In this document: positions 8,405 through 19,756 of the stretch, piece by piece
Layout of the letters: each line of letters starts with the position of its first letter
Position numbering within the stretch: the first letter of the stretch is position 1
NCBI GenBank assembly: GCA_965203275.1
Contig: OZ241865.1
Span: 32,001-96,000 of the forward strand
DNA from: Bdellovibrionales bacterium
GTDB lineage: Bacteria; Bdellovibrionota; Bdellovibrionia; Bdellovibrionales; JAUICD01
Reading direction: 5' to 3'
DNA length: 64,000 bases
Notes under the pieces: model-generated
The model's database searches: none
The model's input: only the letters and a program-made list of their open reading frames with translations
What the model was told of the DNA's origin: nothing
Translations under genes and position numbers: made by a program

Positions 8405-10858
8405 TCACTTTGAATGAAAGTCTTCTTCTAAAATCAAGGCAAAGTTGGCTACAGATTGTCCACTTTTGAGATTAATAAGACGTACACCTTGAGCATTCCT
8501 GCCTATTGTAGAAATTTGCTCTGTTTTGAGACGAATCAATTGACCTTTATTGGTGATCAACATGAGATCATCATGTTTGCCAACACTGGCTGTACCTATA
8601 ACAGAACCCACTTTATCTGTGACCTTTTGAGTGATAATACCTGTTCCACCTCGCCTTTGAGTCCTATATTGATCTGCAAAGGTTTTTTTGCCATAGCCTT
8701 TTTCTGTGACCATCATGATAATTTGCTTTTCTTCCTTACTAATATTTTCTTTTGGCTTTTCAAGGATTTCTATGCCCACAACTTGATCATCTTTTGCTAA
8801 AGCTATACCTTTGACACCTCTAGCAGTTCGCCCCATTGGCCTGACTTGATCTTCATTAAAACGAATGGACTTACCCTGTGATGTGGCAACAAAAATATCA
8901 TTTTGACCAGAACTCAATTTAGCCCCTACAAGATGATCATTTAAGTCAATCGTCAAAGCAATGATGCCTGAAGGTCTTGGTTTTGAAAAAGCAGACAGTG
9001 GTGTTTTTTTAATGATGCCTTTTCCAGTAATTAAAACAACATGGCTATTCTCTTTAAACTCATCGACTGGTAAAATAGCCATCACCTTTTCTTGAGCAGA
9101 TAAATTAATTAAATTAGCTATAGCTTTCCCTTTAGAAGTTCTAAGCCCTTGAGGTAATTTATAAACCTTTAACCAATAGATTCGACCCTTGTTGGTAAAC
9201 ACCAATAAGGTTGTAAAGGTATTGACAGCAAATATATTGCACACAAAATCTTCTTCTCTGGTACCTGCTCCTTTGATACCTCGACCCCCTCTATGTTGTG
9301 TTTTATAAGTTGAGCTGGGGATACGCTTAATATAATTTGTGTGAGTTATTGTCACAATCACATCTTCTTTAGCAATGAGGTCTTCGTCTTCAAGATCTTC
9401 TTGCCTCTCCTCAATCACAGTTTGTCTTTTGTCGCCGTATCTTTCTTTAATAGCTATGAGTTCCTTTTTAATGATTTGATAAATCTTTTTAATATCACTT
9501 AACACCTCTTTAAGCCATTGAATTTTCTTTTCTAACTCTTTGATTTCATTAAGGATTTTTTCTCTTTCAAGACCAGTTAAACGTGCTAACCTCATATCTA
9601 AAATGGCTTGAGTTTGTACTGGAGTAAAATCAAATTTTTTCATTAAGGTAGCCTTTGCTACAGAAGGCTCTCGGCTTTTTCGAATCACTTCAACCACTTG
9701 ATCAATATGATCCAAAGCCTTTTTCAAACCTTGCAAAATATGAATGCGACTTTCTGCTTTTTGCAAGTCAAAAATACAGCGTTTGGTCACCACATCTTTT
9801 CTGTGTTCAATAAAAGCTTTTAGACAAGATTTGAGATCAAAAACTTTTGGTTGGCTCCCTTTATCTAAAGCTAACATAATCATAGAGAAACGAATTTGCA
9901 TCTGTGTGTATTTATAAAGACGATTTAATATAACTCCACTATTTTCACCCTTTTTAATGTCTAAAACAATTCGCATGCCGGCTTTTGAAGACTCATCTCG
10001 AATATCAGAAATACCTTCAATCTTTCTCTCTTTGACAAGATCAGCAATGGATTCAATAAGGCGAGCTTTATTGACTTGATAAGGGATTTCTTTGACAATG
10101 ATCGCCTCCCTATCACCTTTTTTGCTTTCAATATCCACAACTGATTTGATGGTGACGCCACCTCTGCCAGTTTTGTAGGCTGATATAATGCCATCCCTTC
10201 CTGAAATCACACCATGAGAAGGGAAATCAGGACCAGGGATAATTTTAATTAAAGAATCAATAGAACAATCAGGCTGGTCAATCAAGTGGATACAACCATT
10301 AATGACTTCTACGAGATTGTGGGGTGGAATATTAGTGGCCATACCTACAGCAATACCTGAAGATCCATTGATCAAAAGATTAGGGATCTTAGCAGGTAAC
10401 ACAGAAGGGATCTCTAGTGAATCATCATAGTTAGGGTAAAAATCTACTGTATTTTTTTGAATATCTTCTAGCAACTCTTCTGCTAGTTGAGTCATGCGAA
10501 CTTCTGTATACCTCATAGCAGCAGGGCTATCTCCATCAATGGAACCAAAATTACCTTGTCCATCTATTAGAGGGTATCTTAAAGAAAAACTTTGTGCCAT
10601 TCTCACGATACTATCATAGACAGCAACATCGCCATGAGGATGATACTTACCAATCACATCACCTACCACACGGGCTGATTTTTTATAAGGTTTATTATGT
10701 ACATTGTTCATTTCGTGCTGTGCAAATAAGATGCGACGATGAACTGGCTTAAGCCCATCTCGCACATCTGGTAAGGCTCTGCCCACAATCACACTCATGG
10801 AGTATTGCAGGTAAGCGTCTTTCATTTCGAGTTCAATATCGACTTGTTGAGGCTTCAT
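8405..10858 (-). CDS. gyrA: DNA gyrase subunit A
   Basis: RALPDVRDGLKPVHRR, KYHPHGD, PAAMRYTE catalytic Tyr, GyrA-box QHRGGRG. Confidence 0.98.
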   Translation of the reverse strand: MKPQQVDIELEMKDAYLQYSMSVIVGRALPDVRDGLKPVHRRILFAQHEMNNVHNKPYKKSARVVGDVIGKYHPHGDVAVYDSIVRMAQSFSLRYPLIDGQGNFGSIDGDSPAAMRYTEVRMTQLAEELLEDIQKNTVDFYPNYDDSLEIPSVLPAKIPNLLINGSSGIAVGMATNIPPHNLVEVINGCIHLIDQPDCSIDSLIKIIPGPDFPSHGVISGRDGIISAYKTGRGGVTIKSVVDIESKKGDREAIIVKEIPYQVNKARLIESIADLVKERKIEGISDIRDESSKAGMRIVLDIKKGENSGVILNRLYKYTQMQIRFSMIMLALDKGSQPKVFDLKSCLKAFIEHRKDVVTKRCIFDLQKAESRIHILQGLKKALDHIDQVVEVIRKSREPSVAKATLMKKFDFTPVQTQAILDMRLARLTGLEREKILNEIKELEKKIQWLKEVLSDIKKIYQIIKKELIAIKERYGDKRQTVIEERQEDLEDEDLIAKEDVIVTITHTNYIKRIPSSTYKTQHRGGRGIKGAGTREEDFVCNIFAVNTFTTLLVFTNKGRIYWLKVYKLPQGLRTSKGKAIANLINLSAQEKVMAILPVDEFKENSHVVLITGKGIIKKTPLSAFSKPRPSGIIALTIDLNDHLVGAKLSSGQNDIFVATSQGKSIRFNEDQVRPMGRTARGVKGIALAKDDQVVGIEILEKPKENISKEEKQIIMMVTEKGYGKKTFADQYRTQRRGGTGIITQKVTDKVGSVIGTASVGKHDDLMLITNKGQLIRLKTEQISTIGRNAQGVRLINLKSGQSVANFALILEEDFHSK

Positions 10859-11044
10859 TATAGGTTCCCTTTTTTGTTTTGTTGATGACTATTGAATTAA
10901 CTATTGAAAGGATTATGATAAAACAAATAGATATCATTAATCAAGTTATTTTTTAGAGCTTGCTACTGCATTATTTATTCACCTAATTTCTTACACAAAT
11001 GCATTTATTTTCTTAAAAGCATAGATATATTATTTCTTAAATAA

Positions 11045-12307
11045 TTATGTTGATTTTCGTTCAATGGCTCGGTCCATAGACTCAGGAGACATACCAAATA
11101 TGTCAAAGTAAGTATCCTGATCCTTTGATCCTGAAGCATTATATGCTTGAATGATCTGATCGGATAATTGAGTAAAGGCTTGAGCAGCTGTATCTAAATC
11201 TCTTTTTGTATGGGTTGCAATAACAGAACATCGAATAAGTGCTTGACCCCTAGGAACTGCTGGATACATGACAGGGGTTGTAAAGACACCTATATCTAAA
11301 AGCTTTTGGCAAATGATAAGAGTGGCCTGATCGTCCCCTATTAATATAGGAATGATACTTGTCTGAGAATCAACTATGTCTAGTTTTGCTTGCTTGAGTT
11401 GATCTCTTAAATACTTTGCATTAGCTCTTTGTTGGTTGATTCTTTCGGGTTCTGCCCTCAAAATATTCAAGGCTGTGTTAGCTGCTGCTGTATTTGCAGG
11501 TGAAAGCCCTGCCGAAAACATAAAACTACGCGATCTATGTTTAATCCATTCAATAGTCTCATGGCTACTGCAAATGTAACCTCCCTGGGTAGCTAGTGAC
11601 TTAGAAAAAGTTCCCATAATAATATCAGGACACAAGCTATAATGACTGCTAGTCCCTCGACCTTCTTTGCCAATAACTCCCAATCCATGAGCATCATCTA
11701 AATAAATTTTAGCATTGTATTGTTCAGCTAAATCAGTCATTTTGTCTAAAGGAACAATATCTCCTTTCATAGAAAATACACCATCTGTAATAATGAGTTT
11801 GTCTTTTTTGTGAGAAGTTTTAAGCTTTTCTTCCAGATTGTTCATGTCTGAATGCTTGTAAACATGTACTTGAGCTTTTGTCAGTTTACAGCCTTCAATA
11901 ATACAGGCATGGTTTTCTTCATCACTAAATATATCAGTGTTTTCATCTGTGAAAGAGGCTATGGCTAAATTAGCCATAAAGCCTGCTGCATAAACTAAAC
12001 AAGAGTCATAAGCTAAAAAATCAGCAAGATTTTCTTCCAACTCCTCATGCAACAAAAGATTGCCATTTAAAAATCGCGACCCTGTACAACCTACTCCCCA
12101 CTTTTTAATTGCATCAATAGCAGCTTGCATGACCCTAGGGTCATGGGTTAAGCCTAAATAATTATTGGATCCCATCATCACAAGCTTTTTGTTATTATGA
12201 ATGACATGATCACTACGACTGTCTTCTAAGATTCTAAAGTAAGGATAAATCTTTTTACTTTTCAAGAGTTTTATAAGCCGTAAGCCATGCTTTTTAGAAT
12301 CAAGCAT
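11045..12307 (-). CDS. spt: Alpha-oxoamine synthase, probably serine palmitoyltransferase
   Basis: GSNNYLGL, GCTGSRFLNG, DDAHG, GTFSKS PLP-lysine; IYPYFR N-terminus is SPT-like; AGGAGA RBS favours ATG at 12307 rather than 12334 (which lies in a repeat element). Confidence 0.7.
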   Translation of the reverse strand: MLDSKKHGLRLIKLLKSKKIYPYFRILEDSRSDHVIHNNKKLVMMGSNNYLGLTHDPRVMQAAIDAIKKWGVGCTGSRFLNGNLLLHEELEENLADFLAYDSCLVYAAGFMANLAIASFTDENTDIFSDEENHACIIEGCKLTKAQVHVYKHSDMNNLEEKLKTSHKKDKLIITDGVFSMKGDIVPLDKMTDLAEQYNAKIYLDDAHGLGVIGKEGRGTSSHYSLCPDIIMGTFSKSLATQGGYICSSHETIEWIKHRSRSFMFSAGLSPANTAAANTALNILRAEPERINQQRANAKYLRDQLKQAKLDIVDSQTSIIPILIGDDQATLIICQKLLDIGVFTTPVMYPAVPRGQALIRCSVIATHTKRDLDTAAQAFTQLSDQIIQAYNASGSKDQDTYFDIFGMSPESMDRAIERKST

Positions 12308-12328
12308 ATTTTTTCTCCTTTTGGTTTT

Positions 12329-13300
12329 TTTCACTAAAAGTAAACTGACCTCTGGTCACTTTTGGGTAGCCAGCCCGACGGCTATCGCCGTCGATCAAAG
12401 GCTGGCTACCTCAAAAGTCCGTTTACTTTTAGTAGGGAGGATCCCTTCGTTTCTTAACCACATGTTAAGGAAAAAGTTCCTTCTAACACCTTTTCCTTCT
12501 GATGCCGGATTGCCGGATCCCGGATGCCAGATCCCAGAAAAAGTATCCCTTCATTTCTTTATACCATGTTGAGGAAATAAGGCATTCGTTTTTTTGTTTT
12601 TTTTACTCTCTTTTAGATTCTGCGTAATTTTCAAAAAAGCATGAATATTATGAGTGGGAGGCGGGGGTAGGCTGGAGGGGTTGTTTCACTAAAAGTGGTC
12701 TATTTCACTCAAAATGAGCCACACCTCTGGTGTGTTTTTGGGCATTGCTCTGACAGCTTACGCTGTCTAAAAAGAGCAATACCACAAAAAACTGCTCATT
12801 TTTAGTAGGGAGGATCCCTTCGTCCCTTAACTCCATGTTAAGGAAAAAGTTCCTTCATCACCGCTGGCAACCTAGAAAGCCTGTTCACTTTGAGTAAGGA
12901 GGATCTTTTCGTCTCTTAACTACATGTTAAGGAAAAAGAATTCCTTCTTTTTCACTAAAAGTGGTCTAGCCTCTGTTTCACTCAAAGTGAACTGACCTCT
13001 GGTCACTTTCTGGTTGCCAGCCGAAGGCTATTCGCCTTCTCAAATGCTGGCAACCTAGAAAGCTTGACCACTTTTAGTAGGAAGGATCCCTTCGTTTCTT
13101 AACCACATGTTAAGGAAAAAGTTCCTTCTTTTTCACTAAAAGTAAACTGACCTCTGGTCACTTTTGGGTAGCCAGCCCGACGGCGACAGCCGTCGGGCTA
13201 ACTGCCAGAAAACATGCCAGAGGCATGATTTATTTTTAGTGAAAAAAACAATCGAAGGGTGGCGGGTGGGGTTAGGGAGTTAGTTGTTTCACTAAAAATA
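12329..13300. repeat. Cluster of structured elements plus heptamers and G-rich tracts
   Basis: Complete unit 12329-12483 (reverse orientation); further copies 12685-13245. Confidence 0.9.
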
Positions 13301-13560
13301 ACCCAACCCATTTTAAAATCTATTTTAGAATTTCATCATAGATAGGTGAATAAAGTCAAGATAAGAATAAGCATATTTTTATCAAATAACACAAAAAATA
13401 AGATAAATTTCAAAAAATGGCTTTATAGATGTTCTAAGATTTGATTTTATTTAGTAATTATTTTTTACGACAACCATAATATTTAGAGAACTCTTTTGTC
13501 AATGGTCAATAAAGTCAATAAATAAACAATAAAATGTTAATGAGAAACTTATAATACTTT

Positions 13561-15720
13561 CTAAAATGTTTTAAAATTCCAAATAGATTCATAAGCTTTA
13601 TGTATCTGATCTAACTTCCAACAAATATGATGATTGGCAATCACATCTCCTCCTGTTTGACCTATGACTTGAGCTTTACAGTTATGTCCATTGAATTGCT
13701 CTAAAATATTCTCTTTATGCTGAAGATCTACAACTAGAATCACTTGGTAGAGCTGATCAGAAAATAAATTAGGAATATCTTCAAATAATTTTATGCCTAC
13801 ACAAGCTTCTTGAATAATATCTTCACAGCAACACATTTTACACAGACTGTACCCTAGCCCCCATCGACTCACAATATGGGAAGCTAGTACTTTTTGAGTC
13901 GAACATAAATCTTGCAAAGCAACAATCCATTGAGCTAAGAGGTGATGTGTTGCATTTTGAGGAGAAATATCGTATGAAAACTCTAAAAGCAAAACATCTT
14001 GTCCTTCTTGCATAATATAGTCTTTTGGAATTGCTAAGGTGCTTTCTTTCAAGCCTACCATGCCAATGGCAGGAGTTGGTAATATATTATGACTTTGAAA
14101 CTCATTATAAAAACTTACATTGCCAGAAACAATAGGTGTCTGTAAAACCTTACAAGCTACATTCATCCCATCAATAGTATCCACAAATTGAGTCATTATT
14201 TTTTTATTTTCTGGATTGCCAAAATTCAAGCAATTCGTCACAGCTAGAGGTTGGAAGCCTTTAATAGCAAGTTTTATAGCAGGATAAAAGATAGCATCAT
14301 GCCCTCCTAAAAAGGCATTTTGTTGCATGAGGTGAGGACGACCTCCCAACACCACTGCTAAGTCTCTTTGGCTTTCTGGTAGTTTCAATACACCTATACT
14401 CCAGCTACAATCTTTGTAAGTGTTTGCCCCCACCCTTTGATCATACTGCTGGAAAATCCAACGCCGAGAACGTCCTCGAATATCAGAAAGCTTTTTGAAA
14501 ATATCTTGATCATCTTTTGATAGTGGCTGTGGAAAAATACATTGTGTATGATCCCTTTGGCTATGAGGTCTGTCGTATTCAGGGGCATCTTTTACTAAAA
14601 TGTCAGGATCTATTTGAGCAATTTGTTGATGGTGCCAGTAAAGTGTAATGCTTTTTTCTTTAGTTGTATGTCCTATTTGTTGGGCTTCTAAACCCCATCG
14701 AGCAAAAATCTTTTGTAGTTTTGAGAAATTTTCAGATCGGCATAAAATTAACATACGTTCTTGGCTTTCTGATAAAAGAATATCTTCTGGTGTGAGATTG
14801 GCATCTCTTAAAGGTACTTGATCTAAAAAAAGTTTCATCCCTATTTGAGATTTAGAAGCCATTTCAAAGCTGGAGCTTGTTAAACCAGAAGCCCCCATAT
14901 CTTGAATTGCTTCTACAAGATGAGCCTTCATAACTTCTAAGCAAGATTCAATTAATAATTTTTCAAAAAAGGGATCTCCTATTTGCACAGTGGGTTTATT
15001 GTCAATATTTTTATCTGAAGGTTGACTAGCCATACTAGCACCATGGATGCCATCTCGACCTGTCTTAGCTCCTACGTAAACGATAAGGCTATTGGTATTG
15101 TCTGTATGAGATAAAAAAACTTGATCTTGCTTTCCAAAATACCCCAAAGCTAAAGCATTCATCACAATATTGTGATTGTAGCCAGGGTCAAACTCTGTCT
15201 GACCTGTGAGCATGGGGACACCTACACAATTACCATAATCAGCTATACCTTCTACCACTCCTTGAAGTAGTTTTTTTGTATGGGCAGAAAGAGGGTATCC
15301 AAAACAAAGGTAATTGGCAAGGGCTATGGGCCTTGCTCCCATTGTAAAAATATCTCTTAAAATACCGCCCACACCCGTAGCAGCTCCTTGATAGGGTTCA
15401 ATCAGGCTTGGATGGTTATGACTTTCTATTTTAAAGGCAATCCTTTCGCCTTGTCCTAGATCTACAACCCCAGCATTTTCACCCGCTCCATGTAAAACCC
15501 TTTTATGTTGAGAAAAAAGTTTTTTAAGATGTTTTTTAGAGCTTTTATAGCTACAATGTTCACTCCAAAGAGCAGAGAAAATAGCCCACTCCACCCCTTC
15601 TAATGGTCTTTTAAGTTTTTGACAGATGAGATCATATTCTGTTGGAGATAGACCATAATGTTTAAGCTTATCTTCTAAAAGCATTGTAAAACCTTTCTTC
15701 CATCTTGACACCCCATCCAA
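13561..15720 (-). CDS. purL: Phosphoribosylformylglycinamidine synthase subunit PurL
   Basis: WSEHCSYKSS, KIESHNHPS, GAATGVGGILRD, QDMGASGL, LSESQERM; true start may be ~15684. Confidence 0.96.
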   Translation of the reverse strand: MDGVSRWKKGFTMLLEDKLKHYGLSPTEYDLICQKLKRPLEGVEWAIFSALWSEHCSYKSSKKHLKKLFSQHKRVLHGAGENAGVVDLGQGERIAFKIESHNHPSLIEPYQGAATGVGGILRDIFTMGARPIALANYLCFGYPLSAHTKKLLQGVVEGIADYGNCVGVPMLTGQTEFDPGYNHNIVMNALALGYFGKQDQVFLSHTDNTNSLIVYVGAKTGRDGIHGASMASQPSDKNIDNKPTVQIGDPFFEKLLIESCLEVMKAHLVEAIQDMGASGLTSSSFEMASKSQIGMKLFLDQVPLRDANLTPEDILLSESQERMLILCRSENFSKLQKIFARWGLEAQQIGHTTKEKSITLYWHHQQIAQIDPDILVKDAPEYDRPHSQRDHTQCIFPQPLSKDDQDIFKKLSDIRGRSRRWIFQQYDQRVGANTYKDCSWSIGVLKLPESQRDLAVVLGGRPHLMQQNAFLGGHDAIFYPAIKLAIKGFQPLAVTNCLNFGNPENKKIMTQFVDTIDGMNVACKVLQTPIVSGNVSFYNEFQSHNILPTPAIGMVGLKESTLAIPKDYIMQEGQDVLLLEFSYDISPQNATHHLLAQWIVALQDLCSTQKVLASHIVSRWGLGYSLCKMCCCEDIIQEACVGIKLFEDIPNLFSDQLYQVILVVDLQHKENILEQFNGHNCKAQVIGQTGGDVIANHHICWKLDQIHKAYESIWNFKTF

Positions 15721-16313
15721 GAAAATATAGCCCTTTCAGGGTGAGGCATCAAGGCTGCTACATTTTTAGTTTTGTTAAAAATACCTGCAATGCTTTTAAC
15801 AGAGCCATTGGGATTGTTTGTATATTGAAGCCAAATTTGTTCTTTGTCTTCCATAGACTTGAGTAAATCTACTGGAGCAAAGTACCGTCCTTCTTTGTGT
15901 GCGATAGGTAAAAAAATCTTGGTAGAAATAGTCCAGTAAGATGTCTTAGAGAAAGGCTTAAGTGCCGTCCATTGATCAATGAATTTGTGATGGATGTTAG
16001 GAAGTAAAACACCTGGGAGTAATCCAGATTCGCATAAAATTTGAAAACCATTGCAGATGCCTAAAATGGGTTTTTGTTTCTGAGAAGCTAGAACAAGGTC
16101 TTTAATAGCAGGACTCATAGAGGCTAATACACCAGCTCTTAAATAATCTCCAAAGCTAAACCCTCCTGGTACCACAAAACCATCAAATGCTTGAGCATTG
16201 AATCGATCTCTATGCCAAAGCCAATGAGGTTGGTATGAAAGTGTTTTTAAAGCACGAAATACATCAAAATCGCAGTTTGTACCAGGAAATCTCAGCACAC
16301 CTATTTTCTTCAT
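15675..16313 (-). CDS. purQ: FGAM synthase glutaminase subunit PurQ
   Basis: FPGTNCD, PGGFSFGDYLR, GICNGFQ, MPHPER. Confidence 0.97.
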   Translation of the reverse strand: MKKIGVLRFPGTNCDFDVFRALKTLSYQPHWLWHRDRFNAQAFDGFVVPGGFSFGDYLRAGVLASMSPAIKDLVLASQKQKPILGICNGFQILCESGLLPGVLLPNIHHKFIDQWTALKPFSKTSYWTISTKIFLPIAHKEGRYFAPVDLLKSMEDKEQIWLQYTNNPNGSVKSIAGIFNKTKNVAALMPHPERAIFSWMGCQDGRKVLQCF

Positions 16314-16796
16314 GCTGTCACCTTCATTATTTTCATCATTGCCAGCAAACTCCTATTAATTTCTGTGGATGGTTCTGTGAATGGATTTGTTCAGAAATAT
16401 AATTTGATACTGAAAAAATAGCAATTATTACATCTTTGAGTGACAAAGAATGTCTCATTTATTGACAGTTTTTGTCATTTTTTCATGGTTTTTTCTTCAT
16501 ACACCTCTATTCAACAAATTATTTTAAAAAGCCTTTAAAATATTTATGTATACTTTTCCACCCCTTGAATGTCATCTAATATTTTTAAAAAATAAAGTTA
16601 TTTCAATATGTTATAAAAATATCATCATCCATTTTATATTTGCATATAAGGCTTAAATGAAAAATATAAATTTTATTCTGACAAATAACAAAAGATGGCT
16701 TTAGATTTGCACATATTTTTAGCGATTCATATAATTTTATGAATTTAGAGGAGTTTAAAGACTAAAAGACTAATTAATAAAAAGAAGGAGTTTAAA

Positions 16797-17978
16797 ATGC
16801 AAGTTTTAAGTAGTAAAAGATTATTTATTATAGTATTTGTTAATTTTTTTATAGGTGTACAGCCAGTGGATGCTCAAAAACTGGATATGATTATAGACAG
16901 TGAATTAAATAACGAAATTAACCGGGAGTTAAGATTTAAGTCTTTTCCTATATATCAAGCCAATGAAGAAGTGGTTAATGGTATCCCTTTAAAAGAAGTG
17001 GTCCATGGTCAGTGTGGACTCCATGTCAATACATGTATGAAAGGTCATGTGACGGATGTAAGAGAAATGAATGGCACAAGATGGTCTTGTCAGGGATCAG
17101 GCGGTGGTCGTACTGATTTTTGTTATGTTCCAGAATCAGCTGAAGCTAAAAGAAATCGTAGACTTTCGGATTTGGCAAAAGACATAGACAAAGAAGTCTC
17201 TAATAAAATGGAAGATGAAAGGTTGAAACTTTTAGAAGAACATGGTAGAAAGACTATGGAACGTCTTAATAAAAGACAAAAAGATGCCGATAGAGAAAGA
17301 GTAGCGGCTATAAATAATAAAATTCTTACAACAACCCGCACGGCTTCACCTAGAATTAACAAAGTAGATGATCAGATCATGGCTTTTTACATTGGAGGTG
17401 GAGCAGGTGTGAGGTTCTTTTCAGGCAATGAAGATGTTGACAATGGTCTTAATGTCAATGCTACTTTAGGAGCTGCATTTTCTCAAAATAAAAACTGGCT
17501 ATTTGAAACAGGCTTTTCTTATTCTGATTTTAAGTTAAGTAATTTTTATTATTATGGAGGAAGAGGAGATAAGCCTATTCAATGTATTGATTGTCGTATA
17601 AAAGAATATGCAGCAACTGTGAATGTAAAACGTCATATTTTCACTGAAACGATCAGACCTTTTGTAGGATTTTCTGGAGTATATAGATACCGTGATTATC
17701 AAGAAGATAATATTCTTCGGGGTGGTTTTGATAGTCGAGATGGATATTATAATGCTTCAGACTCTCACGGGTTTGATATGGGTATCAATGCAGGTGTCGA
17801 TTTTGCTTTAAACTCACAATTTATGGTAGGAGCAGAATTTAAGTATATGATTAACCTCGTAAGTGCTTATAAAAAACCATTTTACCCAGTTACGCCACGA
17901 GATCGCATGTTCAATGATCATCGTGCGGATGATATGAACTACTTTACTTTTGGAGTTAATGCTAAGTTCTTTCTTTAA
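16797..17978 (+). CDS. Outer-membrane beta-barrel protein with N-terminal Cys-rich module and coiled coil
   Basis: Signal peptide, GAAGGAG RBS, OmpA/porin-like amphipathic strands, C-terminal FTFGVNAKFFL. Confidence 0.75.
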   Translation: MQVLSSKRLFIIVFVNFFIGVQPVDAQKLDMIIDSELNNEINRELRFKSFPIYQANEEVVNGIPLKEVVHGQCGLHVNTCMKGHVTDVREMNGTRWSCQGSGGGRTDFCYVPESAEAKRNRRLSDLAKDIDKEVSNKMEDERLKLLEEHGRKTMERLNKRQKDADRERVAAINNKILTTTRTASPRINKVDDQIMAFYIGGGAGVRFFSGNEDVDNGLNVNATLGAAFSQNKNWLFETGFSYSDFKLSNFYYYGGRGDKPIQCIDCRIKEYAATVNVKRHIFTETIRPFVGFSGVYRYRDYQEDNILRGGFDSRDGYYNASDSHGFDMGINAGVDFALNSQFMVGAEFKYMINLVSAYKKPFYPVTPRDRMFNDHRADDMNYFTFGVNAKFFL

Positions 17979-18394
17979 GCTAACATGAATTTGTATTGCA
18001 AGATAATCTTTTGTGTGGTATAGGCATTGTTCATTGCTACATTTAAAATATGTACAACTTGACATTGGAATACGTTTTAAATAAAGATTTAGATAGAGCT
18101 TTTGAACTACTCAACAGAGAGCTTTTTTCAATACAAAATACTGAGACTGGTGATGACTACCAACAATTTGAACCATTATATCTCCCTATAATTAAACATA
18201 TAACTATTGGTCCTGCTATCGCACCTACAGTAAAAGATTTTTTTAGAAATAGAAGATGAAGTCATTAAATAATATTAATTTAATGACTATCAGTCCTATC
18301 AGGTAATAATGTCTAAAAACATTAATAAAAGCACAATGCCAACACAACTTGGGTTTTAAAAAATGCTGGTGCCTCGCACCCCTTCTTGATCAAT

Positions 18395-19756
18395 TCTGAG
18401 TTGATAGCCTGCAAAAATAAAGTTAAGTAGATTCAGTCTTTAGATATTCTAGCAGAACATAAGGAAGATATAGAAAAAAAACTCTACAATAAAAATAAAG
18501 CTCAGATGAATCTTTTTAATCAATGTAATGTTGTTTTATATGATCTAACCACTTTAAGATTTGAGAGTACAAGAGAAGATTTAGACCACCTTCGAAGATT
18601 TGGTTATAGTAAAGAAAAAAGAAGTGATTGCACACAAGTTGTATTTGGCTTGTTAGTAGATACAGAAGGTATGCCGTTAGGATTTGATGTCTATCCTGGT
18701 AATACTTATGAAGGTAAGACAATGCCAGAAGCGATCTCAAAGTTAAAAGAGAAGTTTAACATAAGAAGATTTATATTAGTAGGAGATCGTGGATTATTTT
18801 CTAATGAAAATCTAAATTTATTTAAGGAAGAAGGTCATGAGTTTATAGTAGGATTAAAGTTAGGTTTATTAAAAGATCGTTTTAAGGAGATATATAATCT
18901 AAAGAATTTTAAATGGGTTAATGATGACTTAGCTATCTATGAGACAGAACACAAAGGTCGTCGTTGTATCATCGGTTGGTCAAGCAAGCGAGCAGAACGA
19001 GATAAAAAATTAAGAGAAGATATTTTATCTAAACTGCAAACAAAATTATCTAAAAAGACAATTAATCCCAAAGACTTTATATCTAATATGAATTACAAAA
19101 AATACATAAGTCATCCTACTTCAAAAGACAAGCCTCAATTAAATGAAGATGCAATAAAAGCATCAGAACAACAAGATGGATTTTTTGGAATTATTACAAA
19201 TGCAAAAAACTTATCCTCTAAGGAGCTTATATTAAATTATAAACATCTTTGGAAGGTAGAGAAAGCATTTAGAGATATAAAAGGTTTTCTCAAGACTCGT
19301 CCGATGTTTCATTGGACAGACAAGAGGATATTAGGTCACTTGGTATTATGTTTTATATCATATCTTTGTGAAGCTTATTTAAGCAAGAAGCTTTATGAAA
19401 AAGGTATTAAATGTAGAGAAGAATTAATGACAGGTCAGAATAAACAAGCAAGGCAACTGAGTGTTTCAGAAGCAATGTTAAAGTTAAAAGAAGTCAGAGC
19501 AGTGCCTGTCACATTAAAAGATAAGACCCTGTGGATGAGAACAGATATCACAGGTCATGCAACAGATGTATTTAAAGCAGTCAAAATACCAGCAAAACAA
19601 TTAAAAGTAGAATCATCACAATCACAATCTTAATTAATCTTAATAGATTGTTCAAAATTCTGCCACAAAAACAAAAACCTAGTGGCACAAAAGCCCTTTC
19701 GACTCATAACTTACTGACTTCGCTCAACTTTATTTTTGCAGGCTATCAAACTCAGG
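18395..19756 (+). mobile_element. IS1634-family element, internally truncated
   Basis: ~30-bp inverted repeats ctgagtt-gatagcctgcaaaaataaagtt (18396-18424) and aactttatttttgcaggctatcaaactcag (19726-19755) flank a DDE transposase fragment. Confidence 0.8.
18431..19633 (+). pseudogene. IS1634-family transposase lacking its N-terminal part
   Basis: VLYDLTT, FGYSKEKRSDCTQV, VGDRG, YKHLWKVEKAFRDIK, RPMFHWTDKRILGH motifs; homology-like frame (SLDILAEHKEDIEKKLY) begins right after a stop adjacent to the left IR. Confidence 0.8.

Noticed and set aside
12321..12572. Short ORFs in repeat clusters (also 3782, 22925, 36996, 38137, 41708, 46403-47256, 54090-54851, 59980)
   Set aside because: Translations of the repeat elements; frame is not conserved across alleles and no RBS support
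18050..18259. 69-aa ORF upstream of IS1634
   Set aside because: No RBS or recognisable motif; may be a gene fragment but unsupported
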